Of a stretch of 64,000 bases of DNA, positions 1 to 10,189 are shown in pieces (position 1 is the stretch's first letter; every line of letters starts with the position of its first letter). A model generated the notes under the pieces. It saw nothing but the letters and a program-made list of their open reading frames with translations. It had not been told where the DNA came from and searched no databases. This DNA is from Bacteroidaceae bacterium (GTDB lineage: Bacteria > Bacteroidota > Bacteroidia > Bacteroidales > Muribaculaceae). The translations under genes were made by a program, and so were the position numbers. Where the stretch lies: the NCBI GenBank assembly GCA_021768245.1, contig JAETNO010000018.1, forward strand, positions 3,416 to 67,415, written 5' to 3'.

Positions 1-1140
1 CTATTTCAGTTGCTTGTAATACACACACTCTTCCTGCACCAGTTCAGGATGGAATATCTTCACGAGGTCGCGGAGCACGATGTCAGGATTCACGACGGCA
101 GACTCGTAATAGTCGTTACCCCCGGCTGTGTTGGTACGGGCGTTGTTGTTATACACCTCTCCATTTTTGAAACATCGGGTATCGGTGAATTTCGGACATG
201 ATGCCTTCAAGTCGTCAAGGGAGTTCGCCATTCCCACGTTCAACCACATGTCCGCATCCGACGCGAGCAGATATGCTTCTTCTAAGTCAATGGGGATAGA
301 AGCGTTTCCCGTGTTCTTCTGGTAGATATAGCGGCCTCCCGCATCAGTAATCAAGCGGGCTACATAACTTTGGGTTGAAGGCATGAACCACGAGTCGCCA
401 TAGGGAACATTAAGCATAACCGAAGGAGTGCCGAGGGTACTGTCGGCCACTTTCTTTTTCAAGGCGTTGTATCTGACCGGGATTGCGGCAAAGGCTTTTT
501 CACCCTTCTCACGTTTTCCTGTGACTTCTGAAAGCACTACCATCCATTCGGCCTTGCCGAGAGGCGACTCTTCAAGATAATCGCCGACATACATGAACGG
601 TATGTCGAGTTCTTCGAGTTTGCTTTCCATTGCGCTTGCGCCGTTCACCCCATAGAGCAGAACGAGGTCGGGATCGAGCGAGAGCAGCAACTCGTAGTTG
701 ATGTTCCCTTCATAGCCGACATCGCCAATACTGTCGCGGCGGGCTTGGATGTCTGGGTTGGAAATGTAGTCGATTCCCGAAACGCCGGTTATACACCGGA
801 CTTCACCGATTGCGTCAAGCATGGCGATATGAGTGGAAGACATCGCCACGATACGTTTGGCGTCTCCTTTGAGTACCTGTCCTGCAAACCCTTCGGGAAC
901 CTCTTCACCGTTGCGGACGATAAACAGCCATGTGGTTACACTGTCCGCTCCCTGCCAGGGATTCCTGACGGTTATCAGTACGCTTTCCTTCCCGCCCGCC
1001 CCTTTGATGTCGAAGCCGGAGGCATATTCGGGAGCATAAAGCAGCAGGTTGAAATCATTGATTTTTGAGCTTTTGTTGTGGCAGCCTGTAAATGCCAGAG
1101 AAAGCAACAAAATCAGGCTTAAATTCTTTAATGCGTTCAT
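1..1140 (-). CDS. btuF: Cobalamin ABC transporter substrate-binding lipoprotein
   Basis: Lipobox (FTG-C); class III binding-protein motifs (RIVAMSSTH, LSLDPDLVL, EESPLGKAEW); directly downstream of btuB under a B12 riboswitch. Confidence 0.8.
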   Translation of the reverse strand: MNALKNLSLILLLSLAFTGCHNKSSKINDFNLLLYAPEYASGFDIKGAGGKESVLITVRNPWQGADSVTTWLFIVRNGEEVPEGFAGQVLKGDAKRIVAMSSTHIAMLDAIGEVRCITGVSGIDYISNPDIQARRDSIGDVGYEGNINYELLLSLDPDLVLLYGVNGASAMESKLEELDIPFMYVGDYLEESPLGKAEWMVVLSEVTGKREKGEKAFAAIPVRYNALKKKVADSTLGTPSVMLNVPYGDSWFMPSTQSYVARLITDAGGRYIYQKNTGNASIPIDLEEAYLLASDADMWLNVGMANSLDDLKASCPKFTDTRCFKNGEVYNNNARTNTAGGNDYYESAVVNPDIVLRDLVKIFHPELVQEECVYYKQLK

Positions 1141-1151
1141 ATTGATGCAGA

Positions 1152-3230
1152 TTATCGTTTACTATTTTTGTTTTTTCCGAACTTGGGTGTTATGCCGATG
1201 AATATCTCGAAATTGATGCCCGGCATGGGACGGGACAATACGGAAAGGTATTCTTCATCGAACAGGTTGTTGATGCTGCCCTTTAGCGACAGATCGGCCC
1301 ATCGGAAAGAGAGCTGTTTTTCCAGTGTCACGTTATTCATGAAGTAAGGGGGCAGATAGCCCGTCAGGGTATAGTCATTACTCGACATGGTATAACGCTG
1401 GCTGTAATAACACCATTTGTAAAGCAGGCTCCATGTCCGCCATGACAGACGTCCGGTCACCGTTGCGGAAAACTCCGGCACGTATGGCAACTGTTTGCCG
1501 ACGGATTGGTCTGCCGGACTCATCGGTTCGCTCTCGTTGATCGAGGGAGTCCACGAGAAAGTTCCGTTCATATCCAGTTTCCAGTCCTTTCCGAGCATTA
1601 TATCAAGGTGGGCGTTGGTCTCTGCCCCGTAAGCATGTACCTTTTTGAGGTTTCTGGGGGAGAAGAATCCCTTGGTTGTGGGTAGCCAGATGATCCAGTC
1701 GTCGATGTGCGAATCGAACCAGTTGATACCACCGCTCAAAGCATATACATTTTCTTTCCCCACCGAGAACGACAACCCCACGTCGTATGTGAAGCCGTGC
1801 TCGCTTTTCAGGTCGGGATTACCGCCCGGCAGAAAATAGAGGTCGTTCAGCGTGGGAAAACGGTAGTTCCGGGAGATGGATGCTTTCGCCACGATATTGC
1901 CTTTTTTCGACAGTACCCCGTCGATGAAGAAAGCCGGGATAACCGGGGCCCATTCCGTACCGAACATATCCTCGCGAAGGACAAGCGAGGCGGCAAAACG
2001 ATCGACAGGCCGCCATTTCGCAGAAACGGAACCGGAAAACTCGACACGTCCCTTGTCATACCCGACAACAGCCTTGTTACCTTCCTGCGAGATGATATTT
2101 TTGTCCGCGCTTTCCACCAAATGCTGGTGTACGGAAACACCGGCCGTGAACAGCCATTTCTCTGAAGGAGCATAATCCCCGTCCGCACTTCCGTAGAACG
2201 TGTTAATCTTACTGCGTGAGCGGGTCATCGAAGCCATTTCGCCGTTTCCCTTGTCCCGCTTGTAATCATAGGCCATCCATGTGTGTATATAGCCGCCTTT
2301 TACACCGACCTTCCATTTCTCCCGCACGCGATCCCACGAGAGGACGCCGCGAAACGTCTGCTCCCTTTGGCGGTTCTCGAAGTCCATGTCGTTCCCGTAA
2401 TCCGTGCTGAGCATCGCCAGTTCCCGGTTAGAATTGATATACCAGGCGTTTAGCCCGAACTTGTCGCCTTCGCCCGTGTTATAATAAATTTCCTGCAAGA
2501 CGTGCAGATCCTTATAAGCCCCGCTGCGGTTGCGTTCCGTCGGGTAATAGGAACCGATGATGTTCTTGTCCTCGTCATAGATGTTTTCCTTCTTGTCCCG
2601 GTTTCGGTATTTGTAGTCGTTGGGGGAAGAGGAATACACCACACGGGTGGAGGACTGCCAGTGTTTGTCACCGTAGGTCAGGCGGAGAAACTCGTCGAAC
2701 GTGCTGAACGACCCCACTCCCTGCACGTACTGCAACCCGAACCCTTCATGGTTGGCCGGAGAAGTGGAGAGCCTGACCAGACCACCCAAGCCGCCGCCCG
2801 TTTCGTTTACCGATGACGTTCCGTGCAGCAGCGAGGCATCATCGATAAAGTAAGAAGGGATGGTGGAAAAATCCGTCATGCCCAGCATCGGGTTGTTAAT
2901 GCGCATACCATTCCACGTCACTTGGGTATGCGAGGGAGAGGTACCCCGGAAAGCCACGGTGGATAACGTGGCGCGTCCGTAGTTCTTGACAAAAACGGAT
3001 GAGTTGAATGTCAGCACATCGGCCATAGACAAGGCGATGTTCTCTTTCATGGCGATGGAATCGAAACGGGTTCGTTGCACGCCTATATCCTTCATAGGTC
3101 GTTTGCCCACCACCGTAACCTCCGGAATACGTAGTACCCTTTTGGTAATGCTGACGGAATTTTTCTGCTGGGCGGCAAGCAGAAAGGGCAGGCTTACCCC
3201 CACGAACAATAGAATAAGATGTCTTTTCAT
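1152..3230 (-). CDS. btuB: TonB-dependent cobalamin receptor
   Basis: Signal peptide, plug motif (FRGTSPSHTQVTWNG), barrel motif (RFPTLNDLY..GNPDLKSE); riboswitch context. Confidence 0.85.
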   Translation of the reverse strand: MKRHLILLFVGVSLPFLLAAQQKNSVSITKRVLRIPEVTVVGKRPMKDIGVQRTRFDSIAMKENIALSMADVLTFNSSVFVKNYGRATLSTVAFRGTSPSHTQVTWNGMRINNPMLGMTDFSTIPSYFIDDASLLHGTSSVNETGGGLGGLVRLSTSPANHEGFGLQYVQGVGSFSTFDEFLRLTYGDKHWQSSTRVVYSSSPNDYKYRNRDKKENIYDEDKNIIGSYYPTERNRSGAYKDLHVLQEIYYNTGEGDKFGLNAWYINSNRELAMLSTDYGNDMDFENRQREQTFRGVLSWDRVREKWKVGVKGGYIHTWMAYDYKRDKGNGEMASMTRSRSKINTFYGSADGDYAPSEKWLFTAGVSVHQHLVESADKNIISQEGNKAVVGYDKGRVEFSGSVSAKWRPVDRFAASLVLREDMFGTEWAPVIPAFFIDGVLSKKGNIVAKASISRNYRFPTLNDLYFLPGGNPDLKSEHGFTYDVGLSFSVGKENVYALSGGINWFDSHIDDWIIWLPTTKGFFSPRNLKKVHAYGAETNAHLDIMLGKDWKLDMNGTFSWTPSINESEPMSPADQSVGKQLPYVPEFSATVTGRLSWRTWSLLYKWCYYSQRYTMSSNDYTLTGYLPPYFMNNVTLEKQLSFRWADLSLKGSINNLFDEEYLSVLSRPMPGINFEIFIGITPKFGKNKNSKR

Positions 3231-3248
3231 TTTTGTCCTCCTTCCTCG

Positions 3249-4315
3249 TTATTTCCAGCAGAAAGCTCCCGGAATGATTCCCACGTAAAATTCATCGATC
3301 AGCTTGCCTTGCGGCGAATAGCGATACACGATACCTTGTTGCTGGTAATCAATAGCGTCGGCCACATATACCTCCCCGTTGTTGGGATTGACCGTAAGGC
3401 CGTAGTATTTGGTGTCCCGAAACTCCAGAAAAGGCCGGACGGGAACACGGTCGGCTTCCACCGGCATTCGCCAAATATCGTTGTTGATCCAGTAAAGTGT
3501 ATCCCGTGTACCGTTGAGCTGGACTTCCGAAGGCCAGTCGCCCAGCTTAAACTTGAACTGTTTCTCTACGGTGAAAGTCTCGGCGTCTATACGATAGAGA
3601 GACGGTGCCTCGTAACCGTATGGGCTGCCCTCGTAACCGCCATCCGTGATGGTCCACATCTTGTTGTATTTGTCCATGACCAGCGAAGTAGGTTGTATGC
3701 CGATGGTCAGTTCGTCCACGACCTTGTCCGTCTCCGTGTCGATTTTCAGGATGCGGTTCTGGTACGACCAGCAGTTCACATAGACGTACTTGCCGTATTG
3801 TACCATTTGTTCGGTGGAACCCGATTCCATGTCCATGTCTGGACATTCGATATAGCCGGTAATCTCGTATGTCTTGGGGTTGATGATGAAGATACGGTAG
3901 TCCCATATCTGCGTCACATAGGCTTTCTCATCCGACAAAAATGGATATACCGGGGTGAGGTGAAACCTGTGATACGGCCCACTTCCTTGAAAGTATTGAT
4001 GTCGATGGCGAAAATCACATGCGAGTTGTTCACCACGATCCAGCCTATACCGTCCCGGATAACCATAGACTGGGCCACATCGCCCAACTTGAACCCGTTG
4101 GCACGGTAAAACACTTCATTCTCCACTTCGCACGTGGCGGGATCGTAGTAGGAAAGCGTGGCATTGCTGTACTGGAAATTCCCCTCGTTGGTAATGAAAA
4201 GACCAGAGGCCGATACAGAGAAATCTTCCATCTCTCCGTAATCCCATTTCATGCAACTGCCGAAAACTGGCAGGCAGAAAAGAAAAAGGCAAATCCGTTG
4301 TATTGTTCTGCTCAT
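3249..4315 (-). pseudogene. btuG: BtuG-like beta-propeller B12-binding lipoprotein, split by a 1-nt frameshift at 3937-3941
   Basis: ORFs 3914..4348 and 3249..3938 join into ...TSPRYIHF-LSDEKAYVTQ if the T5 run is read as T6; NEGNF, LGDVAQSM and DAIDYQQQG motifs; directly upstream of btuB. Confidence 0.75.
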
Positions 4316-4327
4316 TGTCATTCGGAT

Positions 4328-4360
4328 AAAAAAGAGTACCCGAATCATTACGGGTACTCT
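4328..4360 (-). terminator. Intrinsic terminator-like hairpin between the lipoprotein genes and btuG
   Basis: AGAGTACCCG/CGGGTACTCT 10-bp stem followed by a T run on the minus strand. Confidence 0.65.
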
Positions 4361-4376
4361 GGTTAAGGTATAAGGT

Positions 4377-6467
4377 TTAATCCTGCTGCGTATATTGTTT
4401 GTCCTTCATATTTTGGAAGGTTGGGTTATACCCACATTTCGTCACGCTCCAACTTTCCCCCGTAATCATTCCGTTTTCTATAAACTTGCCGAAGAAAGTG
4501 TAGTCGGTAAATTTCGTCAAACCGTCAAAAACAACCCCATGCAAGGTCTCCAACTTCTCCATGGAAAGTGTTTCCTGAGAAAGAGAAGTCGCACTTTTTA
4601 TCTGTAGCGTACCATCTATAGTCTGTAATTTATCACAAGTAATGCCTGTTGCTTTATTAACGAACAACCCTTCACCTCCTACGTGAAGCAATTCCGGAAT
4701 ATCCAGCGATTTACTTTGTAAAGATATTGCTAACGAACCCTCTCCCTCTTTATAATATACAGGAGAAGCTGAACAACAAACTTTGGATAGTAAGGGCAAG
4801 TTACAACTGGTAAAATTTCCAGATAAATAGAACTGTCCTCCCACTTCTTTCAAGACTGGCATTGTGATTGAAGCAAACATGGGTATTTGGATATATCCAT
4901 ATCCATCTATGATTTCCAAGTCGGGAAATTTGGCATTGCTTCGCATTTGGCCTGTCACATTTAGATTTCCATATACATGTTGAATTGTCGATATGGTATA
5001 ATCGGTATTGTTGGTGGTTGGCTTACAAGTGAAGTCTTTGATATTCTTGAACGTGATTTCAGGGAACTTATTATTCGTGAGACTGGTGATGACAAAATTT
5101 ACATTTGACAAATCTTCGGCTGTTTCAATTTTGGAGAGCTGCACCTTGTTTATAATTTCAATCTGGGGCGCTGTTTCTCCGAAGGTTTCAAATCGGGCGT
5201 TCGGCAACAGCAGTGTTCCGCTCACATCTTCAAGATAATCCAGCGTGATGCTTCCAAGTGTGGTGATCTTGCTCCAGTCGGGAAGTTGTTTGAGTGCCGT
5301 GAAATTCTTTATCTTTATCTGTCCCTTTATCGTTGTCAGTTTGTCCATTCCACCGAAAGCCTGAAGCACGTCATTTCGTTGGGGAACAAAACTACCGGTA
5401 GGAGGAGCTTCCATATTGGCTTCCATAATAATACTTCCGTTTACTGTTTCGATTTCCGGAAGGTTGATGGTTTCCAACATCACGGGGACGGTATGGAAAT
5501 CAAGGCCACCGGTCTCTTTCAGCTTAAGGAAGCTCATGGAAGTCAGCTTGGCAAGATTGTTTACGAACAAGACCCCTCCGACACTTGTCAGTTCCGGTAT
5601 TTCCAAAGACGCAATCGAACCGGCTGCTGTGTTCTCTTCATTGAGTCCTTGAAGATTCAGATCCTGACCTACAGTAGTCAGAACCGGAAACTCAAAACTC
5701 TGTAACGACGACGCATTGAACATCACGCTTCCTTCAATAGTTGCCAGTTTCTCGAATAGGACATACGTCACTTGGTCGTTATATACCGATATGTCTCCGG
5801 AGAGCGTTTCCAATGCTTTCATGGAAATCATGTGAAGTTCCGTAGCTTTCGAGGCGACATCGGTCGAACCTACCTGTAAACCTCCGGCAGAAACGATATT
5901 ATCCAACCCTGTCAAGTCTGCACCGTTGTAACTGTTACGAATGACAATGTTGCCAGTAACCTCTTTCAAAGATGCCAATGCAGATATGTCAGTGATTTTT
6001 TCTGCCTCTTCCGCATCAGAGCCGATAATCAGGTTCCCTTTGACAACGGTTGTTTTGGTTGCGGCAAAAGAAGCTACCTCCTCGGTGGTCTTCAACTCCA
6101 CATCTCCGTCAGATTCTATCTCGCTTTTCACGACCTTATAGGTATATTCGCGGGCATCTCCGTTATAGGATGTCACCCGGAAGGTTCGTTCGTTATCCCA
6201 GTCCGTTACCGTTTCAGGATCAGGTATGATTGTTGCAGAAGTTGTGTACTTGAATTCCACTTCGGCGTTGTTCAGCGATACCGTATAGGGAACGGTTATT
6301 GTTACTGTATTGTCCGTAATGTCGGCCGTGTACGATTTCCCGTCCACGGTCATCACGACCGATGTGATGAAATTTTCATCTGCATCTTCAGGTATAATTT
6401 CATCGTTTTTGTCACACGCTCCCAAAAAGAACAAGGATAGGAGCATGGGAAGAAAATAAATTTTCAT
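4377..6467 (-). CDS. Surface lipoprotein with N-terminal Ig-like domain and receptor-L/LRR-like solenoid repeats
   Basis: Lipobox LGA-C followed by acidic residues; recurring FPxLxxVGGxL-type repeats. Confidence 0.7.
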   Translation of the reverse strand: MKIYFLPMLLSLFFLGACDKNDEIIPEDADENFITSVVMTVDGKSYTADITDNTVTITVPYTVSLNNAEVEFKYTTSATIIPDPETVTDWDNERTFRVTSYNGDAREYTYKVVKSEIESDGDVELKTTEEVASFAATKTTVVKGNLIIGSDAEEAEKITDISALASLKEVTGNIVIRNSYNGADLTGLDNIVSAGGLQVGSTDVASKATELHMISMKALETLSGDISVYNDQVTYVLFEKLATIEGSVMFNASSLQSFEFPVLTTVGQDLNLQGLNEENTAAGSIASLEIPELTSVGGVLFVNNLAKLTSMSFLKLKETGGLDFHTVPVMLETINLPEIETVNGSIIMEANMEAPPTGSFVPQRNDVLQAFGGMDKLTTIKGQIKIKNFTALKQLPDWSKITTLGSITLDYLEDVSGTLLLPNARFETFGETAPQIEIINKVQLSKIETAEDLSNVNFVITSLTNNKFPEITFKNIKDFTCKPTTNNTDYTISTIQHVYGNLNVTGQMRSNAKFPDLEIIDGYGYIQIPMFASITMPVLKEVGGQFYLSGNFTSCNLPLLSKVCCSASPVYYKEGEGSLAISLQSKSLDIPELLHVGGEGLFVNKATGITCDKLQTIDGTLQIKSATSLSQETLSMEKLETLHGVVFDGLTKFTDYTFFGKFIENGMITGESWSVTKCGYNPTFQNMKDKQYTQQD

Positions 6468-6481
6468 ACTTGTAATTTTTA

Positions 6482-8263
6482 TTATTTGGTTAGATCCTCA
6501 AAAGAAAATACCTCCGTAGAAACTTCACCCAGCCAGCCGCTTTTGGCCAGAACACCGCATTGTATTTTGATAAAGTCAATATATTGCAGATTGGCTTCCG
6601 TTCCATCGGCATGGATGGCATTGGAAATTTTGAAACCGTTCCTTTGTCCGCTTCCATCCACCGTACTGCCGCCTTCTATCTGGTCGTTTCCGAAATTATC
6701 CACGTACCCCCAGTCATAACTCTGATTATCCCAATAACCGGTTTGAGAATCTTGGGTGTTGCGGGCGGCCAGACAAGTGCCTGTCAGGGTATAACTGTTT
6801 TCCGAAATCCAAGCCGGATAATAATAGTCTTGTGTATGATAAGCGGACAGATAGTCTACCCAGCCGTTTCTACCGTCGGAACTGATCCATTGGACATCCA
6901 TTTTTTTGCCTTCCGGACGGTAATAGGTCACTTCAAAATTCTGTATTGTTTCTTCCTTGCCTGCTTCAGATCCTTTCAGTTCGTACCACTCGTCATCCGG
7001 CAATCCGTTTCCGTTTATATCTTGCATGACCCATACGATACCCGGTTCGGAACTGCCGTCAAAGGCGTTCCCCTGAACACAGAAATCATATTGGTTACCC
7101 GAATTGGGAATACTGTGGTCGAAGCCGACGATGATATAACCCCCGAAAGAACCTAAAGAGACGTGCAGTTTGTCTTTCAAACGCTGTGTTGCCCATGCGA
7201 CAGCCGCTTCAGGGGATGTTTCGTTGCCGGTCATACCGCCTATCGTGCTCGTCTCGTTGATAAATTGGCCGGGAGCTGGGGTATATTCATAGACTTTATT
7301 CCAGAGCTTGGAACTTCCCGAAGCCCGGAAGCCGTCTTGTTCCTTTTTGTCCACACAAACGACTTTTACGGTGGCAGTGACAGCCGTTTTCCCTTTGTCG
7401 ATATTCCTGCTTATTTTTTCCGTCGGTGTGTCTTCCGACACAGTACAGGAGACGGTGTATTCTCCGGGTGCGGACGGCGTGAACTTGAACATGCGTTCCA
7501 CTTCTCCTTCCATGACCTGACCGTCCACACTCCACTCAAAACGGGGATTGTCGAAATACTCCAACAACGGACGCAGGAAAACAGGACGGTCGGCAAAAGT
7601 GTACCTGTCCGTGGATGTTTGCAGGTAAGACGGGGTCGGGAATTTGACAACGTAGGGCATCGTTTCCACGACCTCTACGCTTACGTCTTTCGTTGTTGTC
7701 CCATCTATATTGGAAGCGTTGATTGTCACCGTATAAACACCGAGTTCTTTTTCATTGAAAGTATAAGTATTCTCGGTGGAAACGATTTTTCCTTCCCGTA
7801 CCCATTCGATTTTGAACCCTTCGACATCCGAATGCTGAATATCGGGAGTAAATGTGTAATCGGTATTCCGGACGACTTTTAGCCCCTGCGAAGGTAGTGC
7901 CAGTGAGATGACCGGAGGGGTGAGTTCTTTCACTTCTACTTTCAGTTCCTCTTCGGCATAGCCTTCCGCATTGTCTACTCTTAGTTTGACATAAAAATCC
8001 CCGCATTCATTCCATGTACGTTGAAGAGACGGACCCGAAGAAACCAGCGTACCGTCTATCGTCCAAGCAAAAAGAGCATCTTCAACATTCTGGTATGTCG
8101 GGGCGATAGTCAATTCGTGATCGACCTTGACCGTGTAAATACCGGTCTCGCTGTCAAGTTCTATTATAGGTTGTCCTCCTACTTCTTCGGTAATGACTTC
8201 ATCCTTGTTGCAGGAGGTGAACAGCATACAGGCAGAAATAATAAAATAGTGAAAACGATGCAT
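6482..8263 (-). CDS. PKD-domain surface lipoprotein, BtuH-like B12-binding candidate
   Basis: Lipobox FTS-C; PKD-like repeats; C-terminal domain with VYEYTPAPGQFIN and SLGSFGGYIIVGFDH; B12 locus. Confidence 0.65.
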   Translation of the reverse strand: MHRFHYFIISACMLFTSCNKDEVITEEVGGQPIIELDSETGIYTVKVDHELTIAPTYQNVEDALFAWTIDGTLVSSGPSLQRTWNECGDFYVKLRVDNAEGYAEEELKVEVKELTPPVISLALPSQGLKVVRNTDYTFTPDIQHSDVEGFKIEWVREGKIVSTENTYTFNEKELGVYTVTINASNIDGTTTKDVSVEVVETMPYVVKFPTPSYLQTSTDRYTFADRPVFLRPLLEYFDNPRFEWSVDGQVMEGEVERMFKFTPSAPGEYTVSCTVSEDTPTEKISRNIDKGKTAVTATVKVVCVDKKEQDGFRASGSSKLWNKVYEYTPAPGQFINETSTIGGMTGNETSPEAAVAWATQRLKDKLHVSLGSFGGYIIVGFDHSIPNSGNQYDFCVQGNAFDGSSEPGIVWVMQDINGNGLPDDEWYELKGSEAGKEETIQNFEVTYYRPEGKKMDVQWISSDGRNGWVDYLSAYHTQDYYYPAWISENSYTLTGTCLAARNTQDSQTGYWDNQSYDWGYVDNFGNDQIEGGSTVDGSGQRNGFKISNAIHADGTEANLQYIDFIKIQCGVLAKSGWLGEVSTEVFSFEDLTK

Positions 8264-8327
8264 GATGTGTGGATTTTAGAAAAATAACAGGGATACCCCC
8301 GACAGAAGGGATATCCTTGTATTCTTT

Positions 8328-9245
8328 TTATTGTATGGTGATATCATCAATACAGATATAAGCCGGAGTATTCAAACCGTATGCTCCCGAATCCGAACCC
8401 TCGAAGTTGAATTTCACACTTTGCACCCCTTCGGCATTGATTTCCCAATAATCCCATGTCGTGATAGGATCAACCTGTTGTTGGCCGTTACGATAATCGG
8501 CTAAAAGACGTTTGTAAGTGCGGATCAGACCGCCATTCGCATCATAACATTCCAGATTCACTTGGAAATACCCTTTCATCTCTTTCAGAGGAGTCGCTAC
8601 CCCCGTAGAACCGAACTGATTACCATAAGTAATGACACCATAAGTGTATGAGGTGTTGCAGATCCACAGGCCGACCAATTTCCGGGGAACATTGAAATAA
8701 AATTCTGGTTTAGCCATCCATGCCTGATTGTAAGCATCCACATATCCGTAAACGACACCGAAATTGGAACCGCTGTGCCCGGCTTCCTTATTCTGTCCTT
8801 CCGCTTCCACCGCAGTGTTATAGACAGAACATTGGTTTAGATAAGAATACCACCAGTCTCCGGTATTTCCCGACTGATTGGAGCGGATGTTCCAGTTGGA
8901 AAGTGCGATGCCGCCGCTGGAATACTCTGTGCTTCCACCTACAGTATTAAACATTGAAAGGAAGAGATATTCTTCCGGAGTATTGTCGTAAATGGTGGTT
9001 ACTTGAGGATACCCTTGGTACGAATAAAGATTTTCTCCGGCCGAGGTAGGTCCTGCTAACATGCCGGGATCGAAATCATCGAAAGTGATAGTTAAAGTAC
9101 CGTCCGAATTTGTCACAGCACGGGTTTGCGAAGTTCCGGAATCAACCGGGTCCATCAAAAAGTCATCGTCCGAGCTACAGCCAGAGAACAAGGCGGTTGC
9201 GGTAAATAGACAGGCACCTGCCAGAAAGCGTAATTTTCTTTTCAT
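8328..9245 (-). CDS. DUF4465/BtuJ-like surface lipoprotein
   Basis: Lipobox FSG-C; C-terminal GSDSGAYGLNTPAYICIDDI motif; first gene after the riboswitch. Confidence 0.65.
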   Translation of the reverse strand: MKRKLRFLAGACLFTATALFSGCSSDDDFLMDPVDSGTSQTRAVTNSDGTLTITFDDFDPGMLAGPTSAGENLYSYQGYPQVTTIYDNTPEEYLFLSMFNTVGGSTEYSSGGIALSNWNIRSNQSGNTGDWWYSYLNQCSVYNTAVEAEGQNKEAGHSGSNFGVVYGYVDAYNQAWMAKPEFYFNVPRKLVGLWICNTSYTYGVITYGNQFGSTGVATPLKEMKGYFQVNLECYDANGGLIRTYKRLLADYRNGQQQVDPITTWDYWEINAEGVQSVKFNFEGSDSGAYGLNTPAYICIDDITIQ

Positions 9246-9287
9246 AGGTCACTCATTTTAATGTAAAACATATTATTAACAAACACA

Positions 9288-9326
9288 AAAAATTCCCGTT
9301 CGTGCGGACTTACACGAACGGGAATA
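9288..9326 (-). terminator. Riboswitch expression-platform terminator
   Basis: TTCCCGTTCGTG/CACGAACGGGAA stem plus T run on the minus strand, between aptamer and first CDS. Confidence 0.75.
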
Positions 9327-9414
9327 TGTCTGTCTTCAAATATTGAATGGCCGATGAGCTATTCCTTATTTGATTACGACCCGTATATCCCGCAGGTGTA
9401 AATCTCATTCCGGT

Positions 9415-9582
9415 CATGGCAGGTCTTCTGACTCGTCCCGGTCATCGTGCCTTCCCGGTATTACACCAGTGGCAAAAGTTCGATGTCCGTTTTTGTGGAC
9501 TCACAGCAGCGGGTACTGTCCCGGATTTTCACCGGGTTCCCTTTTCATTCGGAAGGCGTAAACCTCCCGAAACCATTTCCCG
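9415..9582 (-). ncRNA. Cobalamin riboswitch
   Basis: Minus strand reads AAGGGAACCCGGTGAAAATCCGGGACAGTACCCGCTGCTGTGA...GCCACTG...GGGAAGG...GAGTCAGAAGACCTGCC (B12 box). Confidence 0.93.
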
Positions 9583-9586
9583 ACTG

Positions 9587-9618
9587 CAAAATTATCTATA
9601 TTACATATCAATTCCAAA
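9587..9618 (-). promoter_or_regulatory. Bacteroidota sigma-70 promoter of the B12 locus
   Basis: TTTG (9618-9615), N20, TAATTTTG (9594-9587). Confidence 0.75.
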
Positions 9619-10189
9619 TAATTCATAATATTAATAATAAAACACACAAAGCATGACAACCGTACTGTTTTAATTAGAGCATTCAAGTTTACGACAAACG
9701 AAGACGGTAATTATCATACACAATATCCATAAACCAACAAAACAGCTTGCCATTTTCCATAACAATGCGTTCTGGAATAGATAACTGTTAGCTGCAATTA
9801 TGCAAGCAAAAAAAGCAGACAGAATAATGACTATTAATATCATGCACCAGAAATTAATCCTATAAATTTATGGAAAACAAGTAAGGGAATGGAAGTTCCG
9901 TTGCCGCATGGATGCAGGTGAAGGACCTTCTCTTTTAACGTTGGATACGCCAATGCACGCCAACGGAAGACTCTGATATTATCTGTTTGGAAAGGATATA
10001 GGATGTGCGTTACTTTGTCGCATATTCAGAATCTTAAAAAGAATTTTAGTATGGAACTGACAATTATTGAAACAAGCGCGTATTAGGAGTTGAGAAAGCT
10101 GGTCAGCACGCTGGTCGTACAGATGGGCGACTTCCAGAAAAAGATTGCCCCGCCTGCGCCGGACAAGTGAATGGATGCGCAGGACGTAT

